Assembly: GCA_052327205.1 (NCBI GenBank)
Contig: CM126207.1
Span: 260,648,001 to 260,712,000 of the forward strand
Length of the DNA: 64,000 nt
Source: Somniosus microcephalus
Taxonomy: Eukaryota
Reading direction: 5' to 3'
The notes under the pieces were generated by a model. The model ran no database searches. It was not told where the DNA came from and saw nothing but the letters and a program-made list of their open reading frames with translations. A program made the position numbers and the translations under genes. Below, in pieces: positions 47,696 to 59,577 of the stretch (position 1 is the stretch's first letter; every line of letters begins with the position of its first letter).

Positions 47696-48771
47696 AGCTT
47701 TTGGTCACCTGCCCTAATATCCCCATATCCGGTTCGGTGTCAAATTGTGTTTGATCAATTGGTCCTGCAAAGCGCCTTGGGACTTTACTACTACATTACT
47801 GGCGCTATATAAATGCAAGTCATTTGTTGTAGATCTCAGCAGGACTGCAGCAGTCTGATTGGGACACCTCTCCAAACGAAGGGAAGGCAACTCAACACGC
47901 ACTTAAAGACACCTCCCAGAATGGCATTGGCACCAGCCTGGGCACAGGACCCCCGCCCGCCCTCCCAGATTACCTTCAATTTGCGCCCTCGTTACAGTTT
48001 CACTAACTGGTGGAATGAAGTCACAATATCCGACTCTGGCGCCACTTGCCATCGTTTTACGGCAGTTCAGAGGGCAAAAGCCTCATGTGGCCCACTGCTA
48101 CGCACGCCCCGCGATTGAGTGTTTCGAACGAGGTCTGTTTTATGTACTCATTTGAAATCAGGCAGAAGGCGCAAGCTGTCTGTCCCATCACTGAACACCA
48201 ACACACGCGTGAAGCAGTGCTCCCTGCAGGAGGCTGAGGGAACTACAATCGCCTTAACGGAGAACTTAAAACACAAAAGGTTTCAGGACACTCGGCAACA
48301 CAGAAATAACTTGGATCAGCTTGAAGCTGATTCACGTTCAGAATTCCCTGTTCAAATGTCTCCTTCACTTCCAAAAAAAGCTGAGCTCTTCTCTGGACGA
48401 GATACTCTGGCCCACTCCTGCCCTCTACTGTTTAAAAGCTGCTAACAGCCTCCCCTTCGGCGCAGTTCAAATATTCGGCAGGGGCACCTCCCCACACAAC
48501 CTCCAGATTTGGTTTTTCCCCTTCTCTGTGGGAGTCATGTTTCCCCCCAATTCAGGAGGTGGGACAGTCCCGAGCCACAAAATCCTCCACGCCCAGGTCC
48601 CCCCTTGGGTTAGGGAGCGGGTAAATCAGGCAAATGGTTCACGCTCCCGATCGTTCTCCCGTCACCCTGCTGGTTGGGGAAGTGCCCGTGTAACCCATGT
48701 CGGGGTGCGCACAAGATCAGGGTCGGCTGTTATACCCACCCACCCCCCCCCCCAAACCCCGCTAGGGTGTC

Positions 48772-49240
48772 GGCCGTGGCTCAGTGGGTAGCACACTCGC
48801 CTCTGCAATCAGAAGGTCGTGGGTTCAAGCCCCACTCCATGAGACTCGAACACATCATCTCGCATTGACACTCCCAGTGTAGCGCTGAGGGAGTGCTGCA
48901 CTGTCGGAGGTGCCGTCTTTCAGACGAACCATTAAATCGAGGCCCCGTCTGCTCTCTCAGGTTGACGTAAAAGATCCCACGGCCACCATTTCGAAGAAGA
49001 GCAGGGGAGTTATCCCTGGTGTCCTGGCCAACATTTATCCTTCAACCAACATCATAAAGCAGATTATCTGATCATTTACCTCATTGCTGTTTGTGGGAGT
49101 TTGCTGTGCACAGATTGGCTGCCGTGTTACCTACATTACAACAGTGACTACACTTCAAAAGTATTTAACTGGCTATAAAACATTTTGGGACGTCCTGAGG
49201 TCGTGAAAGGCGCTATATAAATGCAGGTTCTTTCTTTTCT
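48772..49240 (+). mobile_element. Full-length Deu-domain SINE
   Basis: A box TGGCTCAGTGG, B box GGTTCAAGCCC, Deu core, tail. Confidence 0.93.
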
Positions 49241-49319
49241 TTTCCCTGCCGTCTAATTACCCGACAGCACTCTCACTTTAGGTTCATACATGCAAAATGG
49301 CCGCCCAAGCTTGCCACTG

Positions 49320-49473
49320 TCTGCTAATTCTCACCAGCTCATTCTCTCGGGTTTTTAAATCCGCTTATACGTTTGAAGTCATTTACCTCACTGTTTACCC
49401 ATTGAATACATACTTACATACGTATAAGCGGATTTTAAAAACCCGAGACAAACAGCCGGTGAGAATTAGCAGA
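49320..49473. repeat. Foldback inverted repeat (probable MITE remnant)
   Basis: tctgctaattctcacc...tctcgggtttttaaatccgcttatacgt pairs with acgtataagcggattttaaaaacccgaga...ggtgagaattagcaga. Confidence 0.85.
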
Positions 49474-50677
49474 TGATGAAAACAGAAATTGAGGGCCTGT
49501 TCGGCACCACAGAACCGTACTCCATGGTAGTTGGCTCCTTTGCGGGCGGGCGGGGTAGGCAGAGAAAATGGGAGCGACCAAGGAACCCTAAATACGTAAA
49601 TGCTTCACCACACAAACATACGGCAAAAATATTGTAAAACAACGGTTCTGTCTTTCAATTTATTGAGCAGGTAAATGCAGAGAGAAAGAGTTTTTCTTGA
49701 ACTCTGTAAATATGCCCTCCGAATGTTAGAATCCCCCGAGGTACACAGAGGAGAGGCATCGCGAGAGAGAAGGGAAATGGGTATTAATTCCCTCGGGAGT
49801 CCAGAACGTGCGGTTCTTATCAAAACGGGCTTGGTTCTTCTTCAAAGCAACATGACAAAACAAGAGGGAAAGAAAAAAATCAGAACAGCACTTCCCCTCT
49901 GAGCGTCTCTGCACCACAACCGCATGTAAAAGTATTTAGACAAGAGAGAGGGGTCATTATTCCTGAGTGTTACAGAAAGCTGAGGGGATTTGTGTAATTG
50001 AAGTTTGGGTAATTTGTACTTTTGATTAAACTTACTCCAGTGTACATGCCACATTCGAGCAGAAACAGAGCGCTGTGGAAAATCCTGGCCACAGGTGGGG
50101 ATGAATTCACAGGTGACTGCGACAGGTTTAACAATTTAGCTGCCGGTTCATTAGATTGTGTGTGATGATGGAGCATAGGGAGGGTGCGGGCGGTGGGGGG
50201 GGGGTGTGGTTAGGATGCTTCAAGCACCCAATTACACAGCCAGATGGGGGAATTGCTAAAGAAATTCCTCGTGAAGAAAACAAGATCAACCGCACTCATT
50301 GATGGCTCACTTGGCAAATGTCTATCACCGTCTGGCTGGGAACTGGCTGGCGTGGGTCAGGAAGGTCTCGCGTTCAATCGCCGGGCTGTGCCGAGTTAGC
50401 TCGGCCTCTCTCATTGGTCTCGCCGCTCCTCTGCACCGACCGGGGAGGGGGCCGAGAATCACTATGGTTCCTGATTGACATTGCGATCCACAATCCTACA
50501 GTGACCCCTGCTGGGTGTGATGGTGTGGGCAGGAGGGGGAGCGGTGGGGAGCGCTGGCGCACGGTTACAGTAAGCTGCTGTCCGGGACACAAATAAGTGA
50601 CCCGCCACTGGACTGAAATACCCGAGGGCTACATGCCCCCCCTTAGAACTGCACCCCCCAGCAAGAGTGCGAGTTGC

Positions 50678-50988
50678 TTTCGGACGAGATGTTAAACCGA
50701 GACCCCGTCTGCTCTCTCAAGTGAGCGTAGAAGATCCCACGGGCACTATTTCGAAGAAGAGCGGGGGAGTTAGCCCCAGTCTCCTGGCTAATGTTTATCC
50801 TCAAACCACATTTAAAAAAAACCTAGATTACCTGGTCATTATCACATTGCTGTTTGTGGGAGCTTGCTATGCACAAATTGGCTGCCGCGTTTCCCACATT
50901 ACAACAGTGGCTACACTCCAAAAAGCACTTCAGCGCTTTGGGATGTCCTGAGGTCGTGAAAGGTGCTATATAAATGCAAGTCTGTCTT
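50678..50988 (+). mobile_element. Deu-SINE, 5'-truncated
   Basis: Deu core and tail. Confidence 0.9.
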
Positions 50989-51034
50989 TAGGAGAGTGGG
51001 AAAGGGGGAAGGGAATAAAGGAAAAGTATCTTTT

Positions 51035-51200
51035 TTTTTAAATTCACTCATGGGATGTAGGCCTCGTTGTCAAGGCCAGCATTTATTGCCCATCCCTAAT
51101 TGCCCTCGAGAAGGTTGGTGGTGAGCCGCCTTCTTGAACCGCTGCAGTCCCGTGCGGTGAAGGTCCTCCCACAGCACTGTTGGGGAGGGAGTTCCAGGGT
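51035..51200 (-). mobile_element. 3' end of the Crack/L2-like LINE family (2072-2610)
   Basis: ttgccctcgagaagg...gccgccttcttgaaccgctgcagtcc. Confidence 0.85.
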
Positions 51201-51987
51201 TTTTGAGCCTTGCGCTCATCTCCGTTCTCGCTCAAATTCGGACACCCCGGGCGAGGAACCGAAGCTGCATTTTAGAAAAGGCTACAGGCCCGGGATAAAC
51301 CGCGCGCCGCGGGTGTCACGTGACGCGCCTTGTGCAATAACAAAACGCTATTCTTGTAGGCACGCCTGTCGACACCCAGCACTGAGCCAGGGCATTGCTG
51401 CAGCTGGTCGCACATTACAATGAGGGACAACAATTGAATGGAGGCAGCTCGTGGCCAAGCCTGCAGTTTACTGATCCAACTCAGCAGACTGGTAAACCCT
51501 AGCCGCAGGCAAGCGGCTACGCGTTAATTGAGACACTTAAAAAGGTTGCTTGTCGATACTAGCAAGTATGCTTAGGGTAGCTCAGCCGGTTCTTGTACTA
51601 TCAAGTCTTTCCCACCCCCACCCCAACCTCTGTCACTTTTCAGCTGATCTTATTTCGTCTCTTGAACTGTTGCCACGGCCCGATACGTTTTGAGTCAGTT
51701 CTGGCGTCATTCAGCCCCGGAGTGCTTCCTCCTCCGTACCCGCCACCCCCCCCACCCCACCACTGTAGCGAGCAATAAAATAAAGTTTCAGTTCCGAGGT
51801 GGTGCGTGCCTCAGAACTCTGTGGTCATGGTTTCCAGTCGAGGAGTGAAAAGGTCAGGACAGCAGCGTGATCTGGTGGCTGCTCTCGACAGAAAGAGTGA
51901 CTTCTTTCGGCCTTCCCCTGGGCTGGGCCATGTTTCCTGACGCTGCTCGGGTCAGTGCTGAAACATCAAGGCCCCTGCCCCTTCGTC

Positions 51988-52105
51988 TTTGACCAAGCTT
52001 TTGGTCCCCTGTCCCCAATACCTCCTGATGCGGCCGCGTGTCAAATTCTGTCTGATAACGGGGGGTCTTATTATGGTAAAACGGCACTGTGTAAATGCAA
52101 GTTTT
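51988..52105 (+). mobile_element. L2 tail
   Basis: tttgaccaagcttttggtc...gtaaatgcaagtt. Confidence 0.75.
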
Positions 52106-53077
52106 TTGCTGTGTGAAACTCGCTGAGAATTAAGACGTTACTGGGGGAACTGCCGAATCTGCTCCCGCTCTTCAGGCCACAGGCCGGCCCACATTCCTTT
52201 TCTTTTTGAACCCACACCCTTCCCTGCACATTGCCTTCCTCTAAGCTCCGCGAGTGCCAGATGACCTCTGGTGACCCAATCAAGAGGCCATTATTGACGT
52301 GACATATTCCTGTGGTGGGGGGGAGGGGGGGTGGGCGCGCGAGGACATCACAACTGGGCCTGATTAAATCCAGTCCTCACCGGGCGCGCACACACTTTCC
52401 AGCAGGATACGGACCAGGGCGTTTTACTAGGTTAAAAGGTGCCATATAAATGCCAGCTGTTGTTGCTTTATCCTCTTTCTTTACTCCGCCCCCGCCCACC
52501 CCCCCGTCCTCCCCACAGACCGCACGCCCAAAAATGGGCGAGCTCCCAAATTTCTGGCCCACTATCTCTTCACGCTTCCCGATGTTGGTTCTGCAGAACC
52601 TGCTGTAAAGTGAGCAGTACCTCAACAGTTAAAAAAAAGCAAACCCTGGGCAGAAGCAGCTCCTGCAGACACAGGCATTGTTCCACCGTCCCCAAACACC
52701 TGCTGAGGTTGGCCTGATTGCCACCAGGCAACTGTTAGAGTCACGTGGGCTGCGGTTGGGGAGTGCACAAAGGCCCTACATTAGCAGCGCACGGCAGGTC
52801 TGCTTGACAGACGGCACAACACACAGACACACAGACACAAACACACAAACACACACAGCGGCAGGTGACAGGCAGTTTAGGGAGGTTCTGCTGCTGCCGC
52901 CTCACAGGAATCCAGTGTAGCAAGGAGCCTGCAGCAGCCTCCTCTCTCCAAACACTCTGCCGCCTGAACAGAAATCTCAATCTCGCTCTCCGAACTGCCT
53001 CCATCCCTCCAGCACCAAGGATGACCAAAACAAGGACTCTCATTGGTGCAGAGGCCGTTAACCCTTTCAGGGCTTCC

Positions 53078-53390
53078 ATAGCACCTCCCAAACCCGCGAC
53101 CTCTTCCACCTAGAAGGACAAGGGCAGCAGGCGCATGGGAACACCACCACCTCCAGGTTCCCCTCCAAGTCACACACCATCCTGACTTGGAAATATATCG
53201 GCCGTTCCTTCATCGTCGCTGGGTCAAAATCCTGGAACTCCCTCCCTAACAGCACTGTGGGAGCACCTTCACCACACGGACTGCAGCGGTTCAAGAAGGC
53301 GGCTCACCACCACCTTCTCGAGGGCAATTAGGGATGGGTAGTAAATGCTGGCCTTGGCAGCGATGCCTACATCCCATGAACGAATAAAAA
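53078..53390 (+). mobile_element. 3' fragment of the Crack/L2-like LINE family
   Basis: Closely similar to 2306-2610. Confidence 0.9.
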
Positions 53391-53941
53391 AAAAGGCTAC
53401 ACTCACGTTTCAACACCCCCCCACCCCCCTCCCTTTTAGTTTTCTCCACTCTTCTCTGCCCAAGGTGCATGCTGGAGGTTCTGGCCACCATTAGCCCCCA
53501 GGTACCTGGTAACAGGTGGCCATTCTCCATGTGCGAGTGCAGAAGGTAAAGTATTGACGGGCTATTCAACTGCAGGAAGCAGGTCCCACTGCAAAGCAAC
53601 TAGTGGGCCAGATTTTCATGGTGCTCATAGAGTTTATACAGCACAGAAAGAGGCCCTTCAGCCCATCGTGTCCGCGCCGGCCATCAAGCCCTGTCTATTC
53701 TAATCCCATTTTCCAGCACTTGGTGCTATGGCGTTTCAAGTGCTCATCTAAATGCTTCTTGAATGCTGTGGGTGTTCCTGCCTCTACCACCCTTTCAGGC
53801 AGTGAGTTCCAGATTCCAACCACCCTCTGGGTGAAAAAGTTTTTCCCTCAAATCCCCTTTAAACCTCCTGCCCCTTACCTTGAGACTATGCCTCCTGGTT
53901 ATTGACCCCTCTACTAAAGGGGAAAAGTTCCTTTCTATCTA

Positions 53942-54418
53942 GCTCGAGGAACAGCACCTCATCTTCCGATTAGGCACTTTACAGCCTTCCGGACTCAATA
54001 TCGAGTTCAACAATTTCAGATCATAACCTCGGCCCCTATTACATTTTTATATATTTTTTATCCACACCTTTGGTTTTGTGCCTTTTCCTTTTCTCTCTCC
54101 CACATGGCAGCTGTCTCTCATTCTGCCAGCGCAGTTCACACTTCATCTAGAGCCTTCTTTTGTCTCTTTACCTGTCCTATTACCATCTCGTCTCGCCTTG
54201 AATATCTCTTAATGTCTCTTCACCCCCCACAGACCTTCCCTTTTGTTCTTTCATCCCCGCCCCCATTCCCCAGCCCCCAAACTGGCCTTTTAATCTGTTT
54301 CATTTCCTGCTTTTTTCTCAGTTCTGAAGAAGGGTCTTCGACCTGAAACGTTAACTCTGTTTCTCTCTCCACGGATGTTGCCTGGCCTGCTGAGTTTTTC
54401 CAGCGTTTTCTGTTGTTA
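53942..54418 (+). mobile_element. Penelope-like 3' end, 14-bp TSD
   Basis: LEEQHLIFRLGTLQPSGLNIEFNNFRS*; TSD TTCCTTTCTATCTA at 53928-53941 and 54419-54432. Confidence 0.88.
54320..54356 (+). ncRNA. Minimal hammerhead motif
   Basis: AGTT-CTGAAGA-A-GGGTC-TTC-GACCT-GAAAC-GTT-AACT. Confidence 0.7.
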
Positions 54419-54744
54419 TTCCTTTCTATCTACCCTATCTATGCCCTGTATAATTTTGTACACCTCAAGCAGGTCCCCCCTCAGCCTTCTCTGCTCTAAG
54501 GAAAACAACCCCTTCTCTGCTCTAAGGAAAACAACCCCTTCTCTGCTCTAAGGAAAACAACCCCTTTAAAGTGCGGAGGCCTTTAACCTGGCTATAATTA
54601 GATGGCTCAGCAAAAACCAGGATTGAGCCTGGAGCCTCTTGATTGGATGGCCGAGTGGCACATTGGGCAGAGGTTCACTCACCGAGCCACCAAAGTGCAT
54701 GGGTATCCATGTGACACACAACAGGTGCAGCACAACAACAACTC

Positions 54745-54958
54745 TCCTGCTTTCTATCCTATCACTGACCTTCCCTTTTGTTCTTTCACCCCCCTCCCCC
54801 TTTTCCCAGCCCCCAACTTGCTTTAAAATCTATTCCCTTTCCTGCTTTTTTTCCAGTTCTGACGAAAGGTCATCGACCTGAAACGTTAACTCTGTTTCTC
54901 TCTCCACGGATGCTGCCCTGGCCTGCTGTGTTTTTTTCCCCAACGTTTTCTGTTGTTG
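54745..54958 (+). mobile_element. Penelope-like 3' UTR fragment
   Basis: Homologous to 54225-54418 and to 10328-10530 (reverse complement). Confidence 0.8.
54855..54891 (+). ncRNA. Minimal hammerhead motif
   Basis: AGTT-CTGACGA-A-AGGTC-ATC-GACCT-GAAAC-GTT-AACT; fully Watson-Crick helix II. Confidence 0.72.
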
Positions 54959-55195
54959 GTTAGCATTTATATAGCAATCTTTAACCCAGTGAAACATCCC
55001 AAGGCGCTTCACAGGAGCGATTATCAAACAAAATAAGGAGATATTGGGACAGGTGACCAAAAGCTTGGTCAAAGACGTAGGTTTTAAGGAGCGTCTTAAA
55101 GGAGGAGAGCGAGGTAGAGAGGCGGAGAGGTTTAGGGGGGGAATTCCAGAGCTTAGGGCCTCGGCAGCTGAAAGCACGGCCGCCAATGGTGGAGC

Positions 55196-55686
55196 TGTAG
55201 CGGTACCACCGAGTGTCTCTTACTTACTGTACATAATTCCCTTAGTTTGCATGTACGGGGCGTTGCCCCTTTAAGAACGCGACCTAACGCGATGACGTCA
55301 CGTCGCACAGCACGTGACCGCCCTAAGCGCGGGCAAACGCGATGACGTCACAGTGCACATCACGTGACTGCCCTAAGCGCGGGCAAACGAGATGACGTCA
55401 CAGTGCACATCACGTGACTGCCCTAAGCGCGGGCAAACGCGATGACGTCACGTCGCACATCACGTGACCGCCCCAAGCGCGGGAAAACGCGATGACGTCA
55501 TGACGCAATCCCCGGGACTGACTAGTCAGTCCTCGTGGAGCCTCCGACCAGCAAAGACCTGTTTTCGTGGTTCTCCTGTATCGATCTCGACAAACTGTTT
55601 AAACTCGTTAGTTCTGCATTAAAACTTGTTTGTTTGATCGCCTGAGTCGACCTCAGTTCTTAGATAGGAATTTGGCAATTCCTACA
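55196..55686 (+). mobile_element. Solo LTR (491 bp, probably Gypsy), 4-bp TSD GAGC
   Basis: TGTAG...CTACA termini; TSD at 55192-55195 and 55687-55690; ATTAAA at ~55618; CCTTTAAGA near the 5' end, as in the other LTR. Confidence 0.88.
55291..55500. promoter_or_regulatory. 50-bp tandem array of CRE (TGACGTCA x5) and E-box (CACGTG x4)
   Basis: CREs at 55293, 55343, 55393, 55443, 55493; E-boxes at 55311, 55361, 55411, 55461. Confidence 0.8.
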
Positions 55687-56484
55687 GAGCGATTAAAATT
55701 GGGGATGCGCAAGAGGCCAGAGTTGGAGGAGCGCAGAGATCTCGGAGGGTTGTAAGGCTGGAGGTGGTTACAGAGATAGGGAGGGGCGAGACCGTGGAGG
55801 AATTTGAAAACAAGGTTGAGAATTTAAAAAAATCAAGTCGTTGCCAGACCCGGAGCCAATGGAGGTTATCGAGCACAGGGGTGATGGGGACTTGATGTGA
55901 CTTGGGGCACGGGCAGCAGAGCTTTGGATGAGTTCAAGTTTATGTAGGGTGTTGACAGGAGCTGCGACCAGTCAGGGTCCAGAAGTTGATTCTTATTTTT
56001 CACTTTAGGGTTTCCGTTCCCAAGACAAGCGGGCAAAGAGGTGAGTTGGTCCCAGGCCTCAGTTAATGCCACGCTGCAATCAGCTGCAAGCTTGTGCCTC
56101 TTCGCATGGGGAGATCCCAATCACAGCTGGGCTGCAGGTGGACAAAGCAGAGGAGAGGCACTTCCTCAAAAGTTAGACGAGGGGAAAAAGCAAGGGGTTG
56201 GGAATAGAATTCAGAGATCTGGTGGTCAGGTACCTGGAGATGTGGAGCATCCAAGGCCCGACAATCCGAGTCTCAGTGTCCCCCACTGCTCAAGCCATCT
56301 CTCCATTGCACCGCTTCTAGTCTTTAGTTTTTAGTCAATACTATTATGGCCATTGATCCTCTGTACATTCCTGCTCTCCTTAAGCTCCACTTATCCCATC
56401 CTACACATGCCGCCTCCTCATTGTGTTGACATCAAGACTCAATGCCATCTCCTCCTCCAACTTATCCTTTTCCAGAAACTAAAA

Positions 56485-57050
56485 ACAACTTGCATTTATA
56501 AAAAAGAATTGCATTGCTATAGCGCCGTTCACCACCTCAGGACCTCCCAAAGCGCTTCACAGCCAATGAAGTACTTTTGGAGTGCGGTCACTGTTGTAAT
56601 ATAAGAAACGCGGCAGCCAAATTTCACACAGCAAGGCCACACAGACAGCGGTGAGATCATCTGTTGTAGGTGTTGATTGAGGGATAAATGTTGGCCAGCA
56701 CGCCGGGAGAACTCCTGTCCTCTTCTTCAAATAGTAATGTGGGATCTTTTACCTCCAACTGAGAGCGGAGACGGGGCCTCAGTTTAATGTATCATCCGAA
56801 AGACGGCAGCTCCGATAGTGCAGCACTTGATTATGTGCTCAAGTCACTGGCGCGGGACTTGATATATGACACCTTTAACATAGGAAAACATCCCAAGGCA
56901 CTACACAGGAGCGTAGTCAGACAAAATTGACACCGAGCCAAAGAAGGCGATGTTAGGACAAGTGACTAAAAGGGTAACCAAACAGGTAGGTTTTAACCAG
57001 CGTCTTAAAAGGAGAGGGAGAGGCGCGGAGAGGTTTAGGGAGGGGAATCT
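56485..57050 (-). mobile_element. Deu-SINE (56485-56862) followed by an L2 tail (56870-57050)
   Basis: Reverse-complement matches to both families. Confidence 0.8.
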
Positions 57051-58364
57051 AGACGACTGGAAAAACTGGGGAACTCTTTACCTCAATAAGTGTTTCTTTC
57101 CTCCTACAATCTCCTAAACCCTAAGCTTGGCGTCACCTAACCACGACTTCTTAATTGATCTCATCTGCTCTCCTGTTCAATTCAAACTTGGTGACGTCCT
57201 GTACAGTAGGCCTGGGGCCGTCACCTCAGTTACCTCAATATAAAAAATAGACAATATGGCAGAGACAGAGGTGCGACTTAGTCCCAGGCCTCAGCCAACA
57301 CTGCTCTGCAGTCAACTGCTCAGGACAGGGTGGGAGCAAGTGGCCTGGGTTGGCCCACGCTCTCCGGCATCTCTTCCCACCTCCCAACTTCCTGGCAAGA
57401 GAATGGCAACTCACGGTGTTGGGAGTCAGCTCTGCCCTGCAGCCATGGGTAGCCTCACAGTTGAAGTTCAAAGCCCAAATATTTACCAACATCCCATAAA
57501 ATCCACAATTATGCCTGCCAGGGCAGTGGTTGGGGGGTGGGCGCCACCATTGGGGTCTGCGCTCCTGGGCTGGAAACTGATCAGCTCCCGATCGCTGTCC
57601 GGGGAACGTGTGCGCCTCTGGATGTTGGGCAAGGACATGATCAGGCTTTACTGTGATGCTCTCCAAAGGTGAACAGCCAGCTCACATATGAAGAATTTCC
57701 ACTTGGGGCGGGTTACTGGAAGGCTGTCAGCACCTGTGGAATTATACTCCAGGCTCAAGTGAATTCAGGAGAGATTATTGGAATTAAAAAAACAAAGAGG
57801 TGGCAGGTTTACTGTCATATATATATATTTAAAAAATCAACTATTATTTTCTATGGCCATTGGCTGGTGAGCACAGGATGCCAAGTCCCTGATTCTTTCT
57901 CCACTCACAGAACCCAGTGAATGAAGCTGGAGCTGGTAATCTTGACATCTTATTGATTCTGTCATTGTCTCCCCAGACAATTAACCCCTATCTTGTGGAA
58001 CAAGAACTCCATACACTTGCAAAACAAGTGCAGAGACTAAAACCTTCATCTTTACCCTGGTTACTTGGAATGATGCCCGCGCGCACACATCTTTCCTAGC
58101 GAGGGCAATTTATAGCATCACATATTTACAGAGATTAAGATCAAATAGAGACACAGCAAACCTGGAAAACAGCTTCAGCTCACCTGGTTCAACCGCTGAA
58201 TAACAATGGAACAACCCATTGGTCATTCACTCAACTGTACAGGACTCCTGATCCACTCAGCAACATCAATGTGCAATTATATAGCACCTTTAATTAAAAA
58301 AAACATCCCCAGGCGCTTCACAGGCCTAATCAAAAAACACTCGCACAAATCCAGCGCCTCACAT

Positions 58365-59210
58365 CGAAACACAGAAACAGGCCATTCGGCCCGACTGCTC
58401 CGTGCCGGTGTTTATGCTCCACACCAGCCTCCTCCCACCCTACTTCATCTCACCCGATCCAACATATGCTTCGATTTCTTTTTTTCCCCTCGTGTGCTTA
58501 TCTAGCTTGCTCTTAAATTTTTTTCACCTCAACCACTCCCTGAAGTGGTGAGTTCCACATTCTAGCCACTCTCTGGGTATTGAAGTTTCTCCTGAATTCC
58601 TTATTAGATTTATTAGTGACTATCTTATATTTATGGTCCCTAGTTTTGGACTCCCCCTGCAAGTGGAAACATCCGGTTTCTCTACATCGCCCCTATTGAA
58701 CCCCTCCATAATCTTAAAGACCGCTATTAGGTCACCCCTCGGCCTTCTCTTTTCAGGAAAGTGGAGCCCCAGCCTGTTCAGTGTTCCCCGATAGGTATAA
58801 CCTCTCCATTTTGGTATCATTCCAGTAAATCTTTTATGCACCGTCTCCAGCGCCTCTATATCCTTTCTGTAATATGGAGACCAGAACTGTGCACAGTACT
58901 CTAAGTGTGGCCTAACCAGGGTTCTATATAAGTTTTCCATAACCTCTCTGCTTTTCAATTCTATTCCTCTAGAAATGAACCCCAGTGCTTTATTTTACAT
59001 TTTTTAAATGGTCTTGTTAACCTGCGTTGCTACTTTTAATGACTTGTGAATCTCCACCCCTAGATCCCTTCGCTCTGAACCCCATTTAGATGCTTATTTT
59101 CCAAGGAGTATGTAGCCTCCTTATTCCTCCTACCAAAATGCACCACTCACACTTATCTCTATTGAAATTCTATTGCCAATTATAAGTTTATTAATGTCTT
59201 CTTGTATTTT
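58365..59210 (-). mobile_element. Older CR1 fragment
   Basis: LYRTLVRPHLEYCAQFWSPYYRKDIEALE. Confidence 0.9.
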
Positions 59211-59212
59211 GT

Positions 59213-59577
59213 CATAGAAACATAGAAGATAGGAGCAGGAGTAGGCCATTCGGCCCCTCGAGCCTGCTCCGCCATTCAATGTGATCATGGCTGACCATCC
59301 AAATTCAGTACCCTGTCCCTGCTTTCTCCCCATATCCCTTGATCCCTTGAGCCTTAAGAAATATATCTAACTCCTTCTTGAATATATTTAATGAATTGGC
59401 CTCAACTGCCTTTTGTGGTAGAGAATTCCACAGGTTCACCACTCTCTGGGTGAAGAAATTCCTCCTCATCTCTGTCCTAAATGGCTTACCCCTTATCCTT
59501 AGACTGTGACCTCTGGTTCTGGACTCCCTGACCATCGGGAACATCCTTCCTGCATCTAGCCCTGTTAGAATTTTATA
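59213..59577 (-). mobile_element. Young CR1 3' end
   Basis: TRGHSLRIRGKPFRTEMRRNFFTQRVV...KGYGEKAGTGY*. Confidence 0.93.

Larger units (their letters stand above)
53625..54565 (-). mobile_element. CR1 3' fragment split by a Penelope-like insertion; 26-bp unit triplicated at 54485-54565
   Basis: CR1 UTR/ORF2 motifs; (ccttctctgctctaaggaaaacaacc)x3. Confidence 0.85.
54962..55950 (-). mobile_element. L2 3' fragment interrupted by a solo LTR
   Basis: L2 sequence cgccaatggtggagc|gattaaaattggggatg is continuous across the insertion. Confidence 0.9.

Noticed and set aside
47322-47726. Pro-rich and Gly-rich ORFs
   Set aside because: Translation of a minisatellite.
52780-52800. miR-15/16-like sequence TAGCAGCGCAC
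   Set aside because: Only the first 7 nt match and no hairpin partner is evident.
55291-55500. CRISPR-like array
   Set aside because: Whole 50-bp units repeat with no unique spacers, there are no cas genes, and it lies inside a vertebrate LTR.
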